In this document: piece by piece, positions 26,875-37,322 of the stretch
Layout: the number at the start of each line of letters is the position of its first letter
How positions within the stretch are numbered: the stretch's first letter is position 1
NCBI GenBank assembly: GCA_041664165.1
Contig: JBAYLH010000004.1
Coordinates: forward strand, 11,974 to 75,973
Direction: 5' to 3'
Origin: Candidatus Buchananbacteria bacterium
Lineage (GTDB): Bacteria; Patescibacteriota; Patescibacteriia; Buchananbacterales; UBA6539
Length of the DNA stretch: 64,000 nt
Program-made: the position numbers and the translations under genes
Notes under the pieces: model-generated
What the model saw: only the letters and a program-made list of their open reading frames with translations
The model's database searches: none
What the model was told of the DNA's origin: nothing

Positions 26875-28040
26875 AGTTTGGCGGTTTGTTCGGCGATCAT
26901 TAATTCTTCGTTAGTCGGAATTACTAAATTTTGAGCTTTCGGCCATGATTTTTTGAAATCTTTCATCACCAATCTTCTGACATCGGCATTTCTTTCGCCG
27001 GTGCCAGCGGTAAAAATAACATAATCAACGCCGCCCATCAGCGTGGCGTAATTGCCTAAATAGCGCAAAATATTATAGGTAAACATTTTCAAAGCCAGCT
27101 TGGCCAATTTTTTTTCTTTTTGGTTAAATTTTTTGGGCGGAGTATAACCAGGAATTTTATAGCCCGCGGCAATCATGATGTCGCGCATGTCGTTACTGTA
27201 GCCGAAAATTCCCAAAAGGCCGGATTTTTTATTAAGAATTTCTTCAACTTCGTCAATATTCAAACTTAATTTTTTCATTAAAAAGAAAGCAACTGACGGA
27301 TCCAAATTGCCGCTTCGGGTTCCCATCATTAAACCCTCCAGGGGTGTAAAGCCCATTGAAGTTTCTATTGCTTTGCCATATTTAGTAGCCGTAACGGAAC
27401 AGCCGGAACCAAGATGGCAGGTAATTAATTTTAGCTTAGTCAATGGTTTTTTCAGTTTTTCCGCCGCGGTAATGGCGACATACTGATGGGATATGCCGTG
27501 AAAACCATAGCGTCGAATGCCGAAATCCAAGTAATATTTATAAGGAATCGCGTAAAAATACGCATAATCGGGAATAGTTTTATAAAAGGCCGTATCGAAA
27601 ACCGCCACATTTTTAATCTTAGTCATGGTTTGCAGGCAAGTTTTGATGCAGGCAAGATTAACCGGGTTATGAAGCGGCGCGAGCTGGCTAAAATTTTCCA
27701 GTTTAGGCAGATTTTTTTGGGTAATCACGGTCGGCTCGGTAAAAAGATTGCCGCCATGAACTACCCGATGGCCGATAATTTTTATCTTTTTCTTCCAGTG
27801 GTTTAAATGAGTCAAGACGATCTGCAAAGCCTGGTTATGGTCAGTAATCCCTTCCGGATAATTTTTCATCACCATTCTTTTTGAAGAATTTTCCGAAATA
27901 CTGATAAAAGAACCGGGCAAGCCGATTTTTTCAACAATTCCCGAAACGGCAATACTAAAATCGATTTCGTGAAAAATTTTAAATTTTAGAGTCGCCGAAC
28001 CGGAGTTGATAACCAAAATATACTGTTTTAGCTTGGCCAT
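26868..28040 (-). CDS. ackA: Acetate kinase
   Basis: VINSGSATLK, GHRVVHGG, APLHNP, RRYGFHG.SH, HLGSG, TSMGFTPLEG, PTNEE. Confidence 0.96.
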   Translation of the reverse strand: MAKLKQYILVINSGSATLKFKIFHEIDFSIAVSGIVEKIGLPGSFISISENSSKRMVMKNYPEGITDHNQALQIVLTHLNHWKKKIKIIGHRVVHGGNLFTEPTVITQKNLPKLENFSQLAPLHNPVNLACIKTCLQTMTKIKNVAVFDTAFYKTIPDYAYFYAIPYKYYLDFGIRRYGFHGISHQYVAITAAEKLKKPLTKLKLITCHLGSGCSVTATKYGKAIETSMGFTPLEGLMMGTRSGNLDPSVAFFLMKKLSLNIDEVEEILNKKSGLLGIFGYSNDMRDIMIAAGYKIPGYTPPKKFNQKEKKLAKLALKMFTYNILRYLGNYATLMGGVDYVIFTAGTGERNADVRRLVMKDFKKSWPKAQNLVIPTNEELMIAEQTAKLC

Positions 28041-28052
28041 AGCTGACTGAAA

Positions 28053-28139
28053 TTAGTCTAATTTAGATTTAACAATCATGGCAACCACCACGCCGATAAA
28101 AATTACGATTAGCACAAACCACATTTGTCCGCTGTTCAT
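28053..28139 (-). CDS. 28-aa single-TM microprotein
   Basis: MNSGQMWFVLIVIFIGVVVAMIVKSKLD fits the gap between pduL and ackA. Confidence 0.55.
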   Translation of the reverse strand: MNSGQMWFVLIVIFIGVVVAMIVKSKLD

Positions 28140-28147
28140 ATATTTTA

Positions 28148-28720
28148 TTAAATTATAAGTTCGCCTTTAGCGGCTTCGGTAATGCCCGCCGCGTTAGCTT
28201 CATCGGTATCAAGATGAATTCTTGGCTTAAAATTCGGATTAACCCTGACCAAAACCTGGTGAAGCGTCAGGCTCCGCCGGCCGGGAATTTTAACGGAAAT
28301 CAGCCGGCCGTCAGTCAGCTTTAATTTTTCAGCGGTTTTGGGATCAGTATGAAAATGCCGCTGGGCAATGATTAAAGCGCAGCGCGAAACTTTGCCCTTG
28401 GGACCGATGATTTCAGCTATCAAACAGCTGCCGGCCTTTTGGGGACAGGTGCACTCGACTACCGGCGGCTTGACTTTCAAATGATAAGCTTCGGTTTGGG
28501 AAATTTCCACCTGGGTATTTTTTCTTTCCGGCCCTAAAATCCTGACATTTTCTAAAATTTTTCCGCCGACTTTTATCTTTACCATTTCTCGGCAGGCAAA
28601 CTGCCCGGTTTGCGATAATGATTTAATCGGCGTTAACTTGTAATTTGAGCCATAAATAGCATCCAAATCAACCCGAGAGATATGGCAATGATGGGCGGAA
28701 ATTTCAATAATTACTTTCAT
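28148..28720 (-). CDS. pduL: PduL/EutD-family phosphate acyltransferase
   Basis: SAHH.H, LSQ.GQFA, VRILGPER..TQVEIS, RH.H, HLDTDEANA. Confidence 0.93.
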   Translation of the reverse strand: MKVIIEISAHHCHISRVDLDAIYGSNYKLTPIKSLSQTGQFACREMVKIKVGGKILENVRILGPERKNTQVEISQTEAYHLKVKPPVVECTCPQKAGSCLIAEIIGPKGKVSRCALIIAQRHFHTDPKTAEKLKLTDGRLISVKIPGRRSLTLHQVLVRVNPNFKPRIHLDTDEANAAGITEAAKGELII

Positions 28721-29745
28721 ATTTTTTGTTTAAATGATTTTAATTTTTCCTCTAATTCCTGACGTGAAAGCAAACCATTTTGAGCCCCAACTTCAGTTAA
28801 GACCGAAGCGCTATTAATCATCCCCCATTTCAAAGCCTTGCCAATATCAGTTTTATTAATGATTAATCCGGCTAAAAAGCTTGAACCAAAAGCATCGCCC
28901 ACCCCGGTAGTATCCAAAACTTTAGCTTTAAAAATATTTTGGCGATAAATTTTTTTGCCGTCATAAGCCCAGGCGCCTTTTTTGCCGCCGGTAATTACCA
29001 CGATTTTTGGTCCCCATTCGTGTAAAATATTCAAAAGATAGACCGGCTGATTCAAAAAATTAGGATTTCGCCGGCCCAATTTAACACCCGACAAAACTAA
29101 TTCGATCGCTTCGTCCTTATTTAAAATTAAAACTTGAGTTTGCTCCAAATAAACCGCTAAAGCTTTTTTACCGGCCGCCAGCTGCAAATTTCCCGGATTC
29201 CAGGCGATTTTAGTCTGGTTTTTCGAGGCTGACTTGAAAATTTCTTTTAAAGCGACGACCCAGTTTTTACCTGATAAAGAAGTAAGATAAAACCAATGGC
29301 TGGCCGGCGCTCCTAATTTTGAAGCGTTAATTGAAAGCATTTCGTTAGCGCCGCGGGAAGAAAAAACAATGTGTTCCCGGTCTTTTTTGTCGGTCGCAAT
29401 AATGAAAGAAAAGCCGCTGTGATTTTTATTGTCTAGCTGAATCAAGCCGGTATTAACTTTCTGTTTTTTCAGGTTATTAACAATTTCCCTGCCGATTTCA
29501 TCCCGGCCGATTCGAATGATAGCGGCCGTCTTGAAGCCGAGTTTGGAAAACGAAACGGCTGAATTGGCCGCCCCGCCGCCGAAATTTAAATAGACTTCCT
29601 TGGCATTGATTTTTCCGCCATATTCAAAAGCTAGCATTTTCGGCGTGGCTAAATTTTGGGGGGTGGAAAAAATTTTTCCCTGATCGGTATAAAAGGTAAA
29701 ATCCTTAACCGCGCCGCCGATGGTAATTATATCTGATTTAATCAT
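28717..29745 (-). CDS. PfkB family carbohydrate kinase
   Basis: GGGAANSA; LNKDEA; DTTGVGDAFGS. Confidence 0.92.
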   Translation of the reverse strand: MIKSDIITIGGAVKDFTFYTDQGKIFSTPQNLATPKMLAFEYGGKINAKEVYLNFGGGAANSAVSFSKLGFKTAAIIRIGRDEIGREIVNNLKKQKVNTGLIQLDNKNHSGFSFIIATDKKDREHIVFSSRGANEMLSINASKLGAPASHWFYLTSLSGKNWVVALKEIFKSASKNQTKIAWNPGNLQLAAGKKALAVYLEQTQVLILNKDEAIELVLSGVKLGRRNPNFLNQPVYLLNILHEWGPKIVVITGGKKGAWAYDGKKIYRQNIFKAKVLDTTGVGDAFGSSFLAGLIINKTDIGKALKWGMINSASVLTEVGAQNGLLSRQELEEKLKSFKQKI

Positions 29746-29760
29746 AGCCTTGATAAATTA

Positions 29761-31317
29761 TTATTTTTCATTTTTAGCAATTGGCAGGCTGAAATAAAAA
29801 GTCGATCCTTGCCCCAAAACGCTGGTAAACCAAATATCCCCTTGGTGGAGATTAATAATCGATTTAGTGATATATAAACCCAAGCCAGTGCCTTCGGTTT
29901 CTGATTTTAAGACTTTCTTGCTGCGGAAAAATCGGGTGAAAAGTTTCTTTTGGTCGGCCGGCGAAATTCCAATGCCGGTATCGGCAACGGCAATGACCAA
30001 GTAGCCGTTTTTATTCTTAGTATAAGAAGTACTGGCGGTAATTAGCTCGGCGGTTTGCTTTTTAATTTTTTCGCCGGTAGTTTTTTCAACCGAAATGATT
30101 ACCTTGCCGTTTTCTTTGGTATATTTAATCGCGTTGGAAACTAAATTAGTGATTACCTGAGCCACCCGGTTGCCGTCAGCGATCACCGGCGGCAGCGAAC
30201 TTTTTTTGTTCTGCCACTCGATTGCCACTTTCTTTTTTGCCGCTTCGGCCGAAAACCCGGTGATCACGTCGGAAATTATGGTTGAAATTTTTATTGGTTT
30301 TGACTCGATCTCGAATTTGCCCTCTTGCAGTTTGGCCAGATTCAAAAGATCACGGACTAAAATCAATAATCTTTCATTACCGCGATAAACCTGATCAATT
30401 AATTCCAGCTGCTCGTCGTTTAATTTACCCGATTTTTGGCTTTTTAACATTTCCAGGCTCCACTTGGTAATGCCGAGCGGCGCTTTAAGTTCGTGAACGG
30501 TAATTGAGACAAATTCTCTTTCCTTTTTTAAAACTTCTTCCGGTTTTTCTTTGAGCCCGTTATTAGAATGGTTAAATTGATTTTCTCCAATCGGCAGGTA
30601 TAAAGAAAAGACGGTTTTAATATTTTTTTGGCTGGTAAACTCAATTTTACCGCCGCTAGCCTCGATTATTTTTTTGGCGAGGTATAAATCTAAACCCAGC
30701 CCTTCGGTTTGGGCTTTCATCGCATTGCTGCCCCGAAAAAATTTGGTAAAGACCAAGCTGAGCTGGTTCGGTGGAATGCCGATGCCATTATCTTGAATTT
30801 CAAACAATAAATAATCTTTGGCTTTTTTTAAGCTAATTTTAATTTTACCCTTAGCCTGGCTGTATTGAATTGAATTATCAATTAACGAACTGATAATTGA
30901 CTCAAGATAAGGTGAATCAATATAAGCCTTGGGCAGATTATCGCCGGTTTTAAAACTAATCAGGCAATTTGAGGCCGCCGCAAACTCTTGGCAATTCACC
31001 AGGGCATTTTTAATCATTGCCGCGACGTCGACAAATTGAGGCGTTAACTGAATTCCTTTTTCCTCGAAATCAGCCACGCGAAGCAAATCGCCGACCACTT
31101 TAACCATGAATTTGTTACTCTGGTAAGCTCCCTGAAGTGTTTCCCGCTGCTTGTCGGTTAATGGCCCCAATTTACCGCTTAAAACATTATCCAACGACCA
31201 GCGAATCGCCGAAATCGGCGTCCGGAGCTGATGCGAAGCGATGGTGATAAAATCACTTTTTATTTCTTCGATCTTACTGGTTTTTCCGACTGAACTTTCT
31301 TTTTTGATCTTTGGCAT
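29761..31317 (-). CDS. Cytoplasmic histidine kinase with two tandem HisKA-HATPase modules
   Basis: SHQLRTP...DNGIGI...GLGLDL and VHELKAP...NAIKY...DTGIGI...GTGLGL; no TM or sensor domain. Confidence 0.88.
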   Translation of the reverse strand: MPKIKKESSVGKTSKIEEIKSDFITIASHQLRTPISAIRWSLDNVLSGKLGPLTDKQRETLQGAYQSNKFMVKVVGDLLRVADFEEKGIQLTPQFVDVAAMIKNALVNCQEFAAASNCLISFKTGDNLPKAYIDSPYLESIISSLIDNSIQYSQAKGKIKISLKKAKDYLLFEIQDNGIGIPPNQLSLVFTKFFRGSNAMKAQTEGLGLDLYLAKKIIEASGGKIEFTSQKNIKTVFSLYLPIGENQFNHSNNGLKEKPEEVLKKEREFVSITVHELKAPLGITKWSLEMLKSQKSGKLNDEQLELIDQVYRGNERLLILVRDLLNLAKLQEGKFEIESKPIKISTIISDVITGFSAEAAKKKVAIEWQNKKSSLPPVIADGNRVAQVITNLVSNAIKYTKENGKVIISVEKTTGEKIKKQTAELITASTSYTKNKNGYLVIAVADTGIGISPADQKKLFTRFFRSKKVLKSETEGTGLGLYITKSIINLHQGDIWFTSVLGQGSTFYFSLPIAKNEK

Positions 31318-31402
31318 ATCTAAAATTATAGCATAAATTTTTCAAACATAAAACCCCCGGCTAGTCAGAGCCGGAGGCATAAAACCTGCAATAATCTTCA
31401 TT

Positions 31403-32503
31403 TTACAAAATTAAAATATTACTCGCCACCTGCTCAACAAAATGAAATTTTACTAAAATCATTGCTAAGAGCAAAGCGATCAAGGCGACGCTTTGCAAAA
31501 TAACCGAAGGATGCTGAATGTCAATCCGGATAAAAATATTTAAAATTAAAGAAATTATCATAAAAATCAAAAAGGCAATAAAGAAAATGTTTGAGTACTC
31601 AATGACAAAATCAATTAACTTTCTCGTATTATCAGTTGTAACCGTTATCACCCCCTCATTATTGGGTAAAAGGCTGCCGGGTAGGCCATTCTCGCTAATA
31701 TTGACATTATCATCAATGTTTTGTTCCCCGGCTACTTTTGGTTTTTTGACCGTTTCTTCGGGCGTTATCTTTGGTTTAGCCGTTACCGGTTGTTCGACCG
31801 GCTTACCAGCCGCAAGCGAGCTCAGATCCTTTCTCTGAGTACCAAAAAATTCAACTAACAAAGTCGTTCGGTGGCCGGAAAGCTGGCCGCTCAAAACAGC
31901 AACGCCGATTTCCTTGTATTTATTATTCAAAATATTGCGCCGGTGAGTCGGGCTTTTCAAGAAAGCTTCGGAAACATCTTCGGCATTGGTAAAATCCATA
32001 GCGAGATTTTCGCCCGCGTAAACGTAGTCGTATTCCGATCGGTCAATCCATTGCCAGGGTTTTTTGCCTTCCGGCGTATCGTGGGCAAAGTAATTGCGGT
32101 TAATCATGTCTTGTCCCTTTAGCTCGGCAAATTTAACCAAAACAAAATTTTCTTTTAACGGTTCTACTCCGGCTTCCACTCGCGATTTATTGACTAAAGA
32201 GATAATATTTTTGGAAATTATGGCTGAAAGCTGAGCCGGCGTCGGATAAGTAAAAAATAAAAAACCGGTCACTATTACTTTGACTAAAATGGCGGCAACG
32301 GCAAAATTAATCAGGCTTTTTGACCTTAAAACTTTCGGCTGGTGATTGTTGCCCGAATAAGGAATAAAGAGATCTTTGAGCAAATTGGCTGAATCACGAA
32401 AAAACCGGGGAAAGTTTTCTTGACCCCGAGATAATTCTTTAATTTCCCGCTTTTGACCGGCAAAGAATTTATGCCACTTGGATTGTTTTTTAGAATTAAA
32501 CAT
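31403..32503 (-). CDS. CAP (SCP) domain membrane protein
   Basis: YFAH.TP.G, YAGENLA, SPTHR.NIL, EIGVAV. Confidence 0.9.
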   Translation of the reverse strand: MFNSKKQSKWHKFFAGQKREIKELSRGQENFPRFFRDSANLLKDLFIPYSGNNHQPKVLRSKSLINFAVAAILVKVIVTGFLFFTYPTPAQLSAIISKNIISLVNKSRVEAGVEPLKENFVLVKFAELKGQDMINRNYFAHDTPEGKKPWQWIDRSEYDYVYAGENLAMDFTNAEDVSEAFLKSPTHRRNILNNKYKEIGVAVLSGQLSGHRTTLLVEFFGTQRKDLSSLAAGKPVEQPVTAKPKITPEETVKKPKVAGEQNIDDNVNISENGLPGSLLPNNEGVITVTTDNTRKLIDFVIEYSNIFFIAFLIFMIISLILNIFIRIDIQHPSVILQSVALIALLLAMILVKFHFVEQVASNILIL

Positions 32504-32609
32504 AGTGGTCTGAATTCAACTGTTTTATTATATCATAAGATGATAACTTTGTCAAACAAATCTACAAAAAATGGCTAATTTTAGATAATTTTTTAACTAA
32601 AAACTAGGT

Positions 32610-33860
32610 TTACTCGTCATTAAAAGGCGAAAAATTTTCTGGCATGTCCAAAATTGGCCTTTTTTTTCTGAAGCCGGAAAGCAAGATCAAAGCTAAAAAT
32701 AAGGTAACCAAGAGCCAAACCGTCAGCCAGCATTGCGGATAGCCCATGGCTAACGGCACGATGATGATGATTGATACCAGCCACCAAAGTTTTTTAGCTA
32801 AAGAGTTAGCGGTTCTTTGGCCATAAGTTCGTAAAATGGCGATTACGACTGCGTTTAAAATAAATATCAGCCAAATGGCGGTTTGGCAATTTTGAGGCTG
32901 GCTGTCCTGAGCTTTGCCGGCGGCAACTTGATTGTTATCTTTTGACTCATTAAATTGTTTCTCTCCCAAAACATTGGTTTCAGTCTGAACGCCATTAGCC
33001 AGGATGTTGCCTTGGTATTTAGTAATTTTTTCGCCCAAAACCGCCGGATTGTTATTTGATAAAGCGGCATTTTGTCCGGTTGATTTTGCCATCGTAAAAT
33101 TCAGCTCTGAACTGAAAATTCTTGCTGCCCCGCGCCATTGCTTCGGATCCGCCAAGCTTACTATTCGATAATAATAGGTAGCACCCGGCCTCAAACCGGT
33201 TAGAATAACCGAGTGATAAGTCATTGTCTCAAAATTAAAACCAGACGATAACGGGTAATTAAGGTTATTATCAGTTAAAGAAAGCTGGTTACCGGTTTTT
33301 GATGATTCGCCAAAGACAACCTGACTGGTGGCAGCGTGCGTCGTAAACCAAATAATTTTGATTGAATCTGCCGAAAGATAATTAACCGAAATATTAGAAA
33401 TCAAAAGCATCGGCCCAAATCCCCTTTCCGGCCGGCTAATCTGATAAGCGGCAATGTTTAAATTTAACCTGGCTGCCGGTTTCAATCTAACCAAAAAATC
33501 GGTTGTTTTGACCGGTTGCCAGCCATTAGGCAGTTTAACTTTAACCTGGTAATTGCCGGCGGCTTCAAGCAAGCCAAAATAATAATAGCCAGCATCGTCA
33601 GTTTGACTGGTTTTAACCAAATTTTGTCCCTGATATAAAGCGACGGGAAATCCGGCGGCTCCTTTTTCGCCAAGGTCTAAAATTTTGTTAAGGTTTAAAT
33701 CTTCAAAAACCAATCCGGAAATTGAGCTCAAACCTTGAGCTGAAACCGGTGCCAGGCAATAGCCGAATAAACCGCCAAAAATTAACAACAAAAACAACCC
33801 TAGCTTAGCAGAGTTGTTTTTATTCCCTCCAAAGCGGAAAAAACTCATTTCTAAAGACAT
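32610..33860 (-). CDS. Surface protein with SdrD-B-like and FN3/PAP-N-like domains and C-terminal TMs
   Basis: GLVFEDLN.N...GE.G, TD..GYY.F; I.W.T...TSQV.FG...H.V.LTGL.PG.TYYYR. Confidence 0.75.
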   Translation of the reverse strand: MSLEMSFFRFGGNKNNSAKLGLFLLLIFGGLFGYCLAPVSAQGLSSISGLVFEDLNLNKILDLGEKGAAGFPVALYQGQNLVKTSQTDDAGYYYFGLLEAAGNYQVKVKLPNGWQPVKTTDFLVRLKPAARLNLNIAAYQISRPERGFGPMLLISNISVNYLSADSIKIIWFTTHAATSQVVFGESSKTGNQLSLTDNNLNYPLSSGFNFETMTYHSVILTGLRPGATYYYRIVSLADPKQWRGAARIFSSELNFTMAKSTGQNAALSNNNPAVLGEKITKYQGNILANGVQTETNVLGEKQFNESKDNNQVAAGKAQDSQPQNCQTAIWLIFILNAVVIAILRTYGQRTANSLAKKLWWLVSIIIIVPLAMGYPQCWLTVWLLVTLFLALILLSGFRKKRPILDMPENFSPFNDE

Positions 33861-33876
33861 AACTAATCAATTTTAT

Positions 33877-34953
33877 TTATTTTGCTTTTAGGCCGCCGCC
33901 AGTATAGCGATTTGAAGCATTCCATAAAAACCAGCCATTACCCCCGGCCTCATCACTGGCCCGAATTTGAGTCCTGATCATTTCCGGCGTGTATTTTGTC
34001 CCCAAGTCAAAAGCTTGCAGCCATGGTCGGAGCTTCGTTTGGCTGGCTTCGAATTTGTCTTTGACCCGGATCAAACTGCGATAAATTACCTCATAAGGAT
34101 GCTCCGCTGGATTGGCGAATTTTTCAAACCCGGCCGGATAATGGGAAGGATAAACCATCGGACAAATATAGTCAAAATTGTTAATCGCATCCTCAAACCG
34201 CTGGCCGATGTTCAAGCCGTCGGAACGCCACAAAACCATGCCGAATAAGTCAGCGGAAGTGATGATCGGATAAAATCTAAGAGTTTGATGAACGTATTGA
34301 TAAAAATCGGCCATTGCTTTGGCCTTGCCTTCATAAGTGGCATTGTCTAAATTAGCATAGACAATTTGTTTAATATTGCCGTCGGACGGAAAACGAATGT
34401 AATCAAAGTTTACCTCGTCAAAGCCGATTTCAGCCGCCGCTTTAGCTAAATCTAAGTTATAGTCCCAAACTAGCTTTTGGGTCGGATCAACCCAGGAAAG
34501 CCCCTTAAAATCATGCCAAATGCCTCCTCCTGCGGTCTTTAAAGCAATGTCAGGCCGTTTTTCCGCCAAATAGGGATCTTGAAAAACGGCAATCCGGGCG
34601 ATGGTGTAAATCCCCTTTTGTTTCAGCTCTTTCAGCCACTCGGCTAAATCGGGAATTCGAACCTCTTCGGACTTAATTTCGTCGGCTAGCGGAATGGCTG
34701 TTTCAAAAAAAATTTTACCGCTATAGTCTTTGATGTCAATTACCACCGAATTAAGCTCGGTTTTTTCGATTAAATCAACCAATTCCTGCCGTCTTGATTT
34801 TGAACCGGCGGTATAGGCAGTCAGGTAAATTCCCTTACTTTCAATTTTTTCCGGCTTGCTGACAACCTGATAGCTGGAATTATTCAGCGCTAAGACAAAA
34901 GAAAAAAACAGAATTGACGTCAGAGTCAGCAAATTGACTAAAGTAACTAGCAT
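33877..34953 (-). CDS. Putative glycoside hydrolase (DUF4015)
   Basis: N.VVIDIKD, IARI.VF.D, GFDE.NFDYIRFP, PMVYPSHY, RPWLQAF. Confidence 0.88.
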   Translation of the reverse strand: MLVTLVNLLTLTSILFFSFVLALNNSSYQVVSKPEKIESKGIYLTAYTAGSKSRRQELVDLIEKTELNSVVIDIKDYSGKIFFETAIPLADEIKSEEVRIPDLAEWLKELKQKGIYTIARIAVFQDPYLAEKRPDIALKTAGGGIWHDFKGLSWVDPTQKLVWDYNLDLAKAAAEIGFDEVNFDYIRFPSDGNIKQIVYANLDNATYEGKAKAMADFYQYVHQTLRFYPIITSADLFGMVLWRSDGLNIGQRFEDAINNFDYICPMVYPSHYPAGFEKFANPAEHPYEVIYRSLIRVKDKFEASQTKLRPWLQAFDLGTKYTPEMIRTQIRASDEAGGNGWFLWNASNRYTGGGLKAK

Positions 34954-35023
34954 ATATAGCTATTTTAGCATAGTTTAGCTAAAGAAAAAGACCGCTTGAA
35001 AATCGAAGCATTTTTTGGTCAAA

Positions 35024-35260
35024 TTATTTTAGCGGCGATTTTGATTTAGCCAGCAAGACCGCGCTTAGACCAAAGGCAATGGTGAAAAAAATTGCGCCGT
35101 AAAAGCAGGGCGTTAAGAATGGATTTTTTACCCCGACCGCGCAGCCAAAAGTGCCAGCGGTTTGGTTCAGCCAGTTAGCCAATTCAACAAAAAAATTAAC
35201 CCAGGCAAAGCTGACGCCGGCCAAAAGGATGACAAATTGGGTGATAATGATTTTGCGCAT
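35024..35260 (-). CDS. Small two-TM membrane protein with two Cys
   Basis: 78 aa; GC...NPFLTPCFYG between two TM helices. Confidence 0.65.
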   Translation of the reverse strand: MRKIIITQFVILLAGVSFAWVNFFVELANWLNQTAGTFGCAVGVKNPFLTPCFYGAIFFTIAFGLSAVLLAKSKSPLK

Positions 35261-35272
35261 AATTTTTTAAAA

Positions 35273-37033
35273 TTATTTAATAAAGCCGCCGGCCTGTAAC
35301 TTCCATAAATACCGGTAAATGCCTTTTTCTTTGACAATCAATTGGCGATGGGTGCCTTGTTCAACAATGCCGCCGCGGTTAATGACAATTATTCGATCCA
35401 TCATTTTAATCGTTGAGAGCCGGTGGGCAACGGCAATCACTGTTTTGCCGGCCATCAGTTTTTCCAAAGCATCTTGGATTAATTTTTCCGATTCCGAGTC
35501 CAAACTTGAAGTCGCTTCGTCCAGGATTAAAATCGGCGCATTGCGCAGAATTGCCCGGGCAATGGCGACCCGCTGGCGTTCGCCGCTGGAAAGTTTAACT
35601 CCCCTTTCGCCGACATAGGTTTGGTAGTTATCGGGCAGGCTGCTGATGAATTCATGGCAATGAGCCAGTTTAGCCGCGGCAATAACCTCGTCGTCTGATG
35701 CCTCGGGCCGGCTATAGCGGATATTATCCATCAAGCTTCGGTGAAATAAAATCGGATCCTGGGGCACTAAGCTGATATTTTGCCATAAACTTTCCTGAGT
35801 TGTCCGGCTGATGTCTTGATTGTCAACCAGAATCTGGCCGGCGGTAACATCATGCAGCCGAAGCAAAAGCCGGATTAAAGTAGTCTTGCCGGCGCCTGAT
35901 GAACCGACCAGCGCCAAATGCTCTCGCGGCATAATTTCTAAATTAAAATCCTTCAAAACCGCTCTGGTCTCATGATAATAAAAATCAATATTTTTAAATT
36001 CAATTTGACCGTTGGCAACTTTTAAACCTTTGGCGCCGGGAATATCATTTATTTCATAAGGCGTATTTAAAATTTCGGTCATTTCGGAGGCATCGGCCAG
36101 CCGTTCATAAATTTGCCGGGTAATTTTACCGAAATCCCAAACCCGATTAATAATATTGACCAGATAGGCTTGAATCAAGACAAAATCGCCGACCGTTAAA
36201 ATGCCTTTTTGCCAAAGCTTAACCGCCAGATAAAAAATCCCAATTTCCAAACAAATCGTCATAAACCCCTGGAAAGCTTCAAATAAACTGTCCAAATCCC
36301 AGGTAAACTTCCGCAGCCGGCGCAGTTCTTCGTTAACATTGAAAAAACCCTTAATTTCCCGGCGGTAGCCGTTAAAAAGCTTAACGGCATTATGGTTAGT
36401 CACGCTGTCGGCTAAAAAGCCGGTGGTTTTGGTTTCCGCCGCACTGCGCAAAAGATCGTATTTTAATTTGTAGCCGGTGAAAACAGCATTAATGCCCAAA
36501 AAAACCAGCACCCAAAGCAATATCCCAAATCCCAGGTAAACATTCCGAGTAAACAAAATAATGGCGATGGTGGCGATATTGACAAACAACGTCAGCAGAT
36601 TCCAAATTATCCGGTCGGCGATGGTTTCAAAAGCGCTGCTGTACCACTTTACTTTTTTAACTAGCGACCCGACGAAATTATTGCTGAAAAAGGCGTAAGA
36701 ATGATTAAGGAGATAAGCGAAGCTGCTATTAGACAAATCCGTCATTATTTTAGCTTCAAAATAATTGGCGCAAATCGTGGCAAGCCGCCAGAAAACCCAG
36801 CTTAAAAGTTCCAGGCCGAAAATGACGGTTAAAATAGCAATTAAACTTTTGGCAATTAAGCCGGCCGGCGAACCGCTAGTCAAAACATCAAAAAAATTCT
36901 TATAGTACAAAGGGATGACGACGTTCAAAATTGACGCAGCGATAACCGAGACTAAAATAAAAAAGCCCGAAGTTTTATGCTTCAGTGATGCCAAAAAGTA
37001 AGCTTTCAGGGTTTGCCGGGCATTACTTTTCAT
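35273..37033 (-). CDS. ABC exporter, fused permease/ATP-binding protein
   Basis: TM domain; GSSGAGKT; LSSGERQR; ILDEATS. Confidence 0.93.
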   Translation of the reverse strand: MKSNARQTLKAYFLASLKHKTSGFFILVSVIAASILNVVIPLYYKNFFDVLTSGSPAGLIAKSLIAILTVIFGLELLSWVFWRLATICANYFEAKIMTDLSNSSFAYLLNHSYAFFSNNFVGSLVKKVKWYSSAFETIADRIIWNLLTLFVNIATIAIILFTRNVYLGFGILLWVLVFLGINAVFTGYKLKYDLLRSAAETKTTGFLADSVTNHNAVKLFNGYRREIKGFFNVNEELRRLRKFTWDLDSLFEAFQGFMTICLEIGIFYLAVKLWQKGILTVGDFVLIQAYLVNIINRVWDFGKITRQIYERLADASEMTEILNTPYEINDIPGAKGLKVANGQIEFKNIDFYYHETRAVLKDFNLEIMPREHLALVGSSGAGKTTLIRLLLRLHDVTAGQILVDNQDISRTTQESLWQNISLVPQDPILFHRSLMDNIRYSRPEASDDEVIAAAKLAHCHEFISSLPDNYQTYVGERGVKLSSGERQRVAIARAILRNAPILILDEATSSLDSESEKLIQDALEKLMAGKTVIAVAHRLSTIKMMDRIIVINRGGIVEQGTHRQLIVKEKGIYRYLWKLQAGGFIK

Positions 37034-37047
37034 AAAAATAAAAAAAG

Positions 37048-37302
37048 TTAAAACCCGATATTTAAGCGCGAGAGTTTCTGCGCCATGCCCATCTGGGCTT
37101 TACCCAAAGCTTCGTTAACGCATTTTTTAACCGCCGGCCCCTGGCTTTCAACCGGTAAATCCGGATTTAAAATAATTGACTCAACTTTCAAATCGCCGGT
37201 AGCAATTACTCTGATGCCTTGATACTCGGCCTCGTACTGTTCGCTTTTGGCCTGATCCTGCAAGGCTTTGAGCTGGCCTAATTGTTTTAGCTTGTCTAGC
37301 AT
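37048..37302 (-). CDS. ybaB: YbaB/EbfC nucleoid-associated protein
   Basis: Length and V...G..V..I.L.P...A.N.AL pattern; lies downstream of dnaX. Confidence 0.8.
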   Translation of the reverse strand: MLDKLKQLGQLKALQDQAKSEQYEAEYQGIRVIATGDLKVESIILNPDLPVESQGPAVKKCVNEALGKAQMGMAQKLSRLNIGF

Positions 37303-37322
37303 AGAGCTATAAATTATTTCTA

